DNA of 64,000 nt, taken from positions 96,001 to 160,000 of IMG/VR virus record IMGVR_UViG_3300025924_000017; one strand, written 5' to 3'. Positions 61,378 through 64,000 of this stretch are shown here, piece by piece. Both the position numbers and the translations under genes were made by a program. This DNA is from a virus (Duplodnaviria > Caudoviricetes). Position 1 is the stretch's first letter. The number at the start of each line of letters is the position of its first letter. The notes under the pieces were generated by a model that worked only from the letters and a program-made list of their open reading frames with translations, searched no databases and was not told where the DNA came from.

Positions 61378-63972
61378 TGCCAATTCTTTTTCTCGTGATA
61401 GCGCTCATCGGCGCGGCAGCAGGCTGTATACTGGACGGTCTGTGGTGGAGCGGTGCGCTGCTCATCAACGCTGCGCTCCCGACACCTGATCAGGCGATGG
61501 CTCTGATTATCTTCTGCCCCTGTTTGGCGGTTGTCGCTGTGGCGCTGTGGATCGGCTTCTGCTTCATCGTGGACGCGGTGTTTTGAATCGCGTCTTCACT
61601 TTCGAGTATACCGATCCGGATGAGGTTCTTCGGGTAGTTTGTCCGCAACCCAAGCAGGTCACCGGCGAGATCGTCGGCTCCTACTACGATCACGTGACGC
61701 ATCAACCGTGGCTGCTCGTGTACGTCTCCGGCAACGCCCGGCTTCAGCATATCCCCTCGCACGCCGATATCGTCCCGACGATGGAAACACAGGCCGACCG
61801 GTATGACCGCACGCAACTGCGTCATCTCGTCGATGTCGTTTGGAACGAAGCGCACGAGGATGAATCGGTGCCGGACACCGAGTGGGCCGACCGTATGATC
61901 GACTATGCGATGGGTCGGCGCACGCAGGTTGCAAAGACATCAAGCGAGCAGGAAGCAGCGAAGCAGCACGCGGACGAAGTTAACGGACGTACGCACCCGT
62001 GTGCGCACCCGAATCGCGGGCTTGAACCTTGCCTGCTCATGAACGTGGCGCCCTATGGTTCGTCACGCCCGGTGCTGGTGTGTGCGACAATGGACTGCCC
62101 TAAGATGCCAAGAGCGCTCTGATGGTTATGTTCAAATCGCTCACCTCATTCGTCGTCTTGGTGGCAATCTGCTGGTACGTGTTCGGCAGTCATGGCTATC
62201 GCAAAGGATGGATCGACGCGGCTTCACGCGACCCACAGGTCATCACCAAGATCGTGGCATGGGGCGTGGATAAGGGCGTCGTTCACCGACTCTGGCATAC
62301 CGAAAACGTGGAGAGCTTGTCGGCGTGCTTGACCATGAACCGCTATTTCACGGTCGGAGGCGTTAGAGGCGTCGTCACCGTACAATGCATTCCGACTGAT
62401 CCGAAAGCATCCTGATGGAAGATTATTCAATTCCTCCGAATGAGAGGTATCGCGTAAAAGCTCCCGGGCGCCCCACCATCGAAGAAGCCGACGCGCTCAG
62501 CGATGCCATCATCCAAGCCGTCATCACATTGAACCGTGTGGTGGATGAAGCTATCGGCCGTGGTTTGAAGGTCAAGCTGGACACGCTTAGCCGACAGAGC
62601 CCGAAGGGTGAGTACCCGGTTTTGCAGGTCGAGTTGTCGCTGCCGACCGGAACGGGACAACGCCGGTGATTAACCCGAAGCTGCTCAATGTGGACTACGT
62701 GGAAGTCGAGCGCCGTATGCTCGCGCATACTCTCGAATATCTCACGGGAATTCAAAAAGCTGCCCACGATCTCATCCAAGACGTGAAGAGCCGCCATCCC
62801 GGCGAAGAATTGCATTGTCCGTTGATGCGCGCCCTCGACGAGGCGTTATACATCGAACGCGATTTCACCCGCTTGATCCACACCCCCACAGGACGCGCGC
62901 AGCCCGAACCTCCTCCCATGAAAGAGTTCCCGCGTCCAACACGACTCACCTGAAAGGATTTCTTTGCTCAAGATCATCTATTACCTCACCGGCGGTCGCC
63001 CCATGAAGTTCGTCGATGACCTTTTCATGGATGTGGTCACCGGATATTTTGTCGATCTCTACAAAGATCGGCGCGGTCGCTACTGGATGGCCCACGGCCC
63101 GTGGGCGCTGTGGCGGCTTCCACACGTTGGGTTGTCTTAGCTATGGCTGAGAAACACGAGCCCAACACCAACGAACTCACCATCAGCGGTCTCACACTCA
63201 CCGCGTGGAAGGGCGTTCTGGAAATCGCCGGTAACACCTGCGTCGTCAACGGCGGCTCGAAGAAGAAGCCGTGCGATGCGTGCCTCGAAAATGCCGAGAA
63301 GCTGATGCGGTCGATGAAGACGATCCGCCCAGAGATGACCTGATGCCGGAGCCCGAATTCGTCCTAGTCGATCATCCCTGCATGGTCCCCGATAGCGATT
63401 TGCGTCACGTCGTTGCGGGGTTGCTCGAACATCTGAACCTGAGCGCCTATCGCCGCGAAGACACCAGCGGATACCCCGTCTACACATTCGAGAAAACAGA
63501 CACATGACATCAACCCAGCGCGTTGGCTTCGCGCTCATGATCCTCACTGCGCTCACCTTCATCATCTATATCGTGGCGACGGCGCCGTGAACAACGACCT
63601 CTACGTCCTGCGCAAATACGGCGCGTTTTATCGCCCTAACCGGTGCGGGTACACCATGCACATCGAGGCAGCCGGTCACTACACGAAGACGGAGGCCGAA
63701 GCCGAAGTTGCACTTGCGCGCTTCGATACCCAGCGCGTTACGATGCATCCTCTGTCCGATTATGCGCAGGAGTTGGCGCAGACCATCCAGCGGGCTGCCC
63801 GACTGATGCGCGTCATGGGCGCCGAAACCGAATTGATGAAGGCTGTGGAACCCTGATGGAAAAACACGTCTTCGCTGTGCATCCGAATTATCGGCGCACC
63901 GTAGCGATCAGCAACGGGGTGGTGTTGCTTGTTGTGCTGCTAGGTACCGTCGTCGCGGTGCTGTGGGGTTGA
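61377..63972 (+). other. run of small coupled hypothetical ORFs (61377-61586, 61583-62122, 62122-62415, 62415-62669, 62666-62953, 63143-63343, 63343-63507, 63587-63856, 63856-63972)
   Basis: Consistent TGATG/ATGA/GTGA overlaps on the + strand; several with TM segments; no motif recognised. Confidence 0.55.
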
Positions 63973-64000
63973 GATGGTGAAGGGCCTTCCCAAACACGCG

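Noticed and set aside
1-64000. CRISPR array
   Set aside because: No run of identical repeats with unique spacers; the only regular array is tRNAs.

Overview
The window is a 64-kb segment of a large (phiCbK-like) lytic siphophage genome, GC about 60%, most likely infecting an alphaproteobacterium. No host genes or prophage boundary are visible. In order it holds: two tRNA arrays (31 CCA-ended tRNAs by my manual folding, 35-2205 and 5257-6408) with interspersed structured non-tRNA elements and a 613-aa protein with a TerD-like C-terminus; PhoH; neck and tail morphogenesis genes (tail tube, frameshifted chaperone, tape measure with a CHAP-like domain, GTA-like distal tail/hub/NlpC-P60/central fibre, several accessory fibre proteins); an endolysin plus two spanins; divergent HTH regulators; a primase-helicase; and a long early region of small genes including a GHKL ATPase, two DEDD-type exonucleases, a tyrosine recombinase, rIIA/rIIB, a T4 gp30.3-like NADAR and an ASCH protein. 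The most striking observation is a complete ribosome-mediated transcription attenuator (5045-5247) directly in front of the second tRNA array. It has a leaderless 32-codon leader ORF, mutually exclusive 1:2, 2:3 and 3:4 helices, and a run of 12 consecutive codons each read by a tRNA in that same array. This suggests a phage sensor that switches on replacement tRNAs when the host pool is depleted. Many of the tRNAs are also systematically remodelled (18 of 31 lack the TTC T-loop; class I anticodons sit on long variable arms). All calls were made by eye, with no database searches or folding programs.
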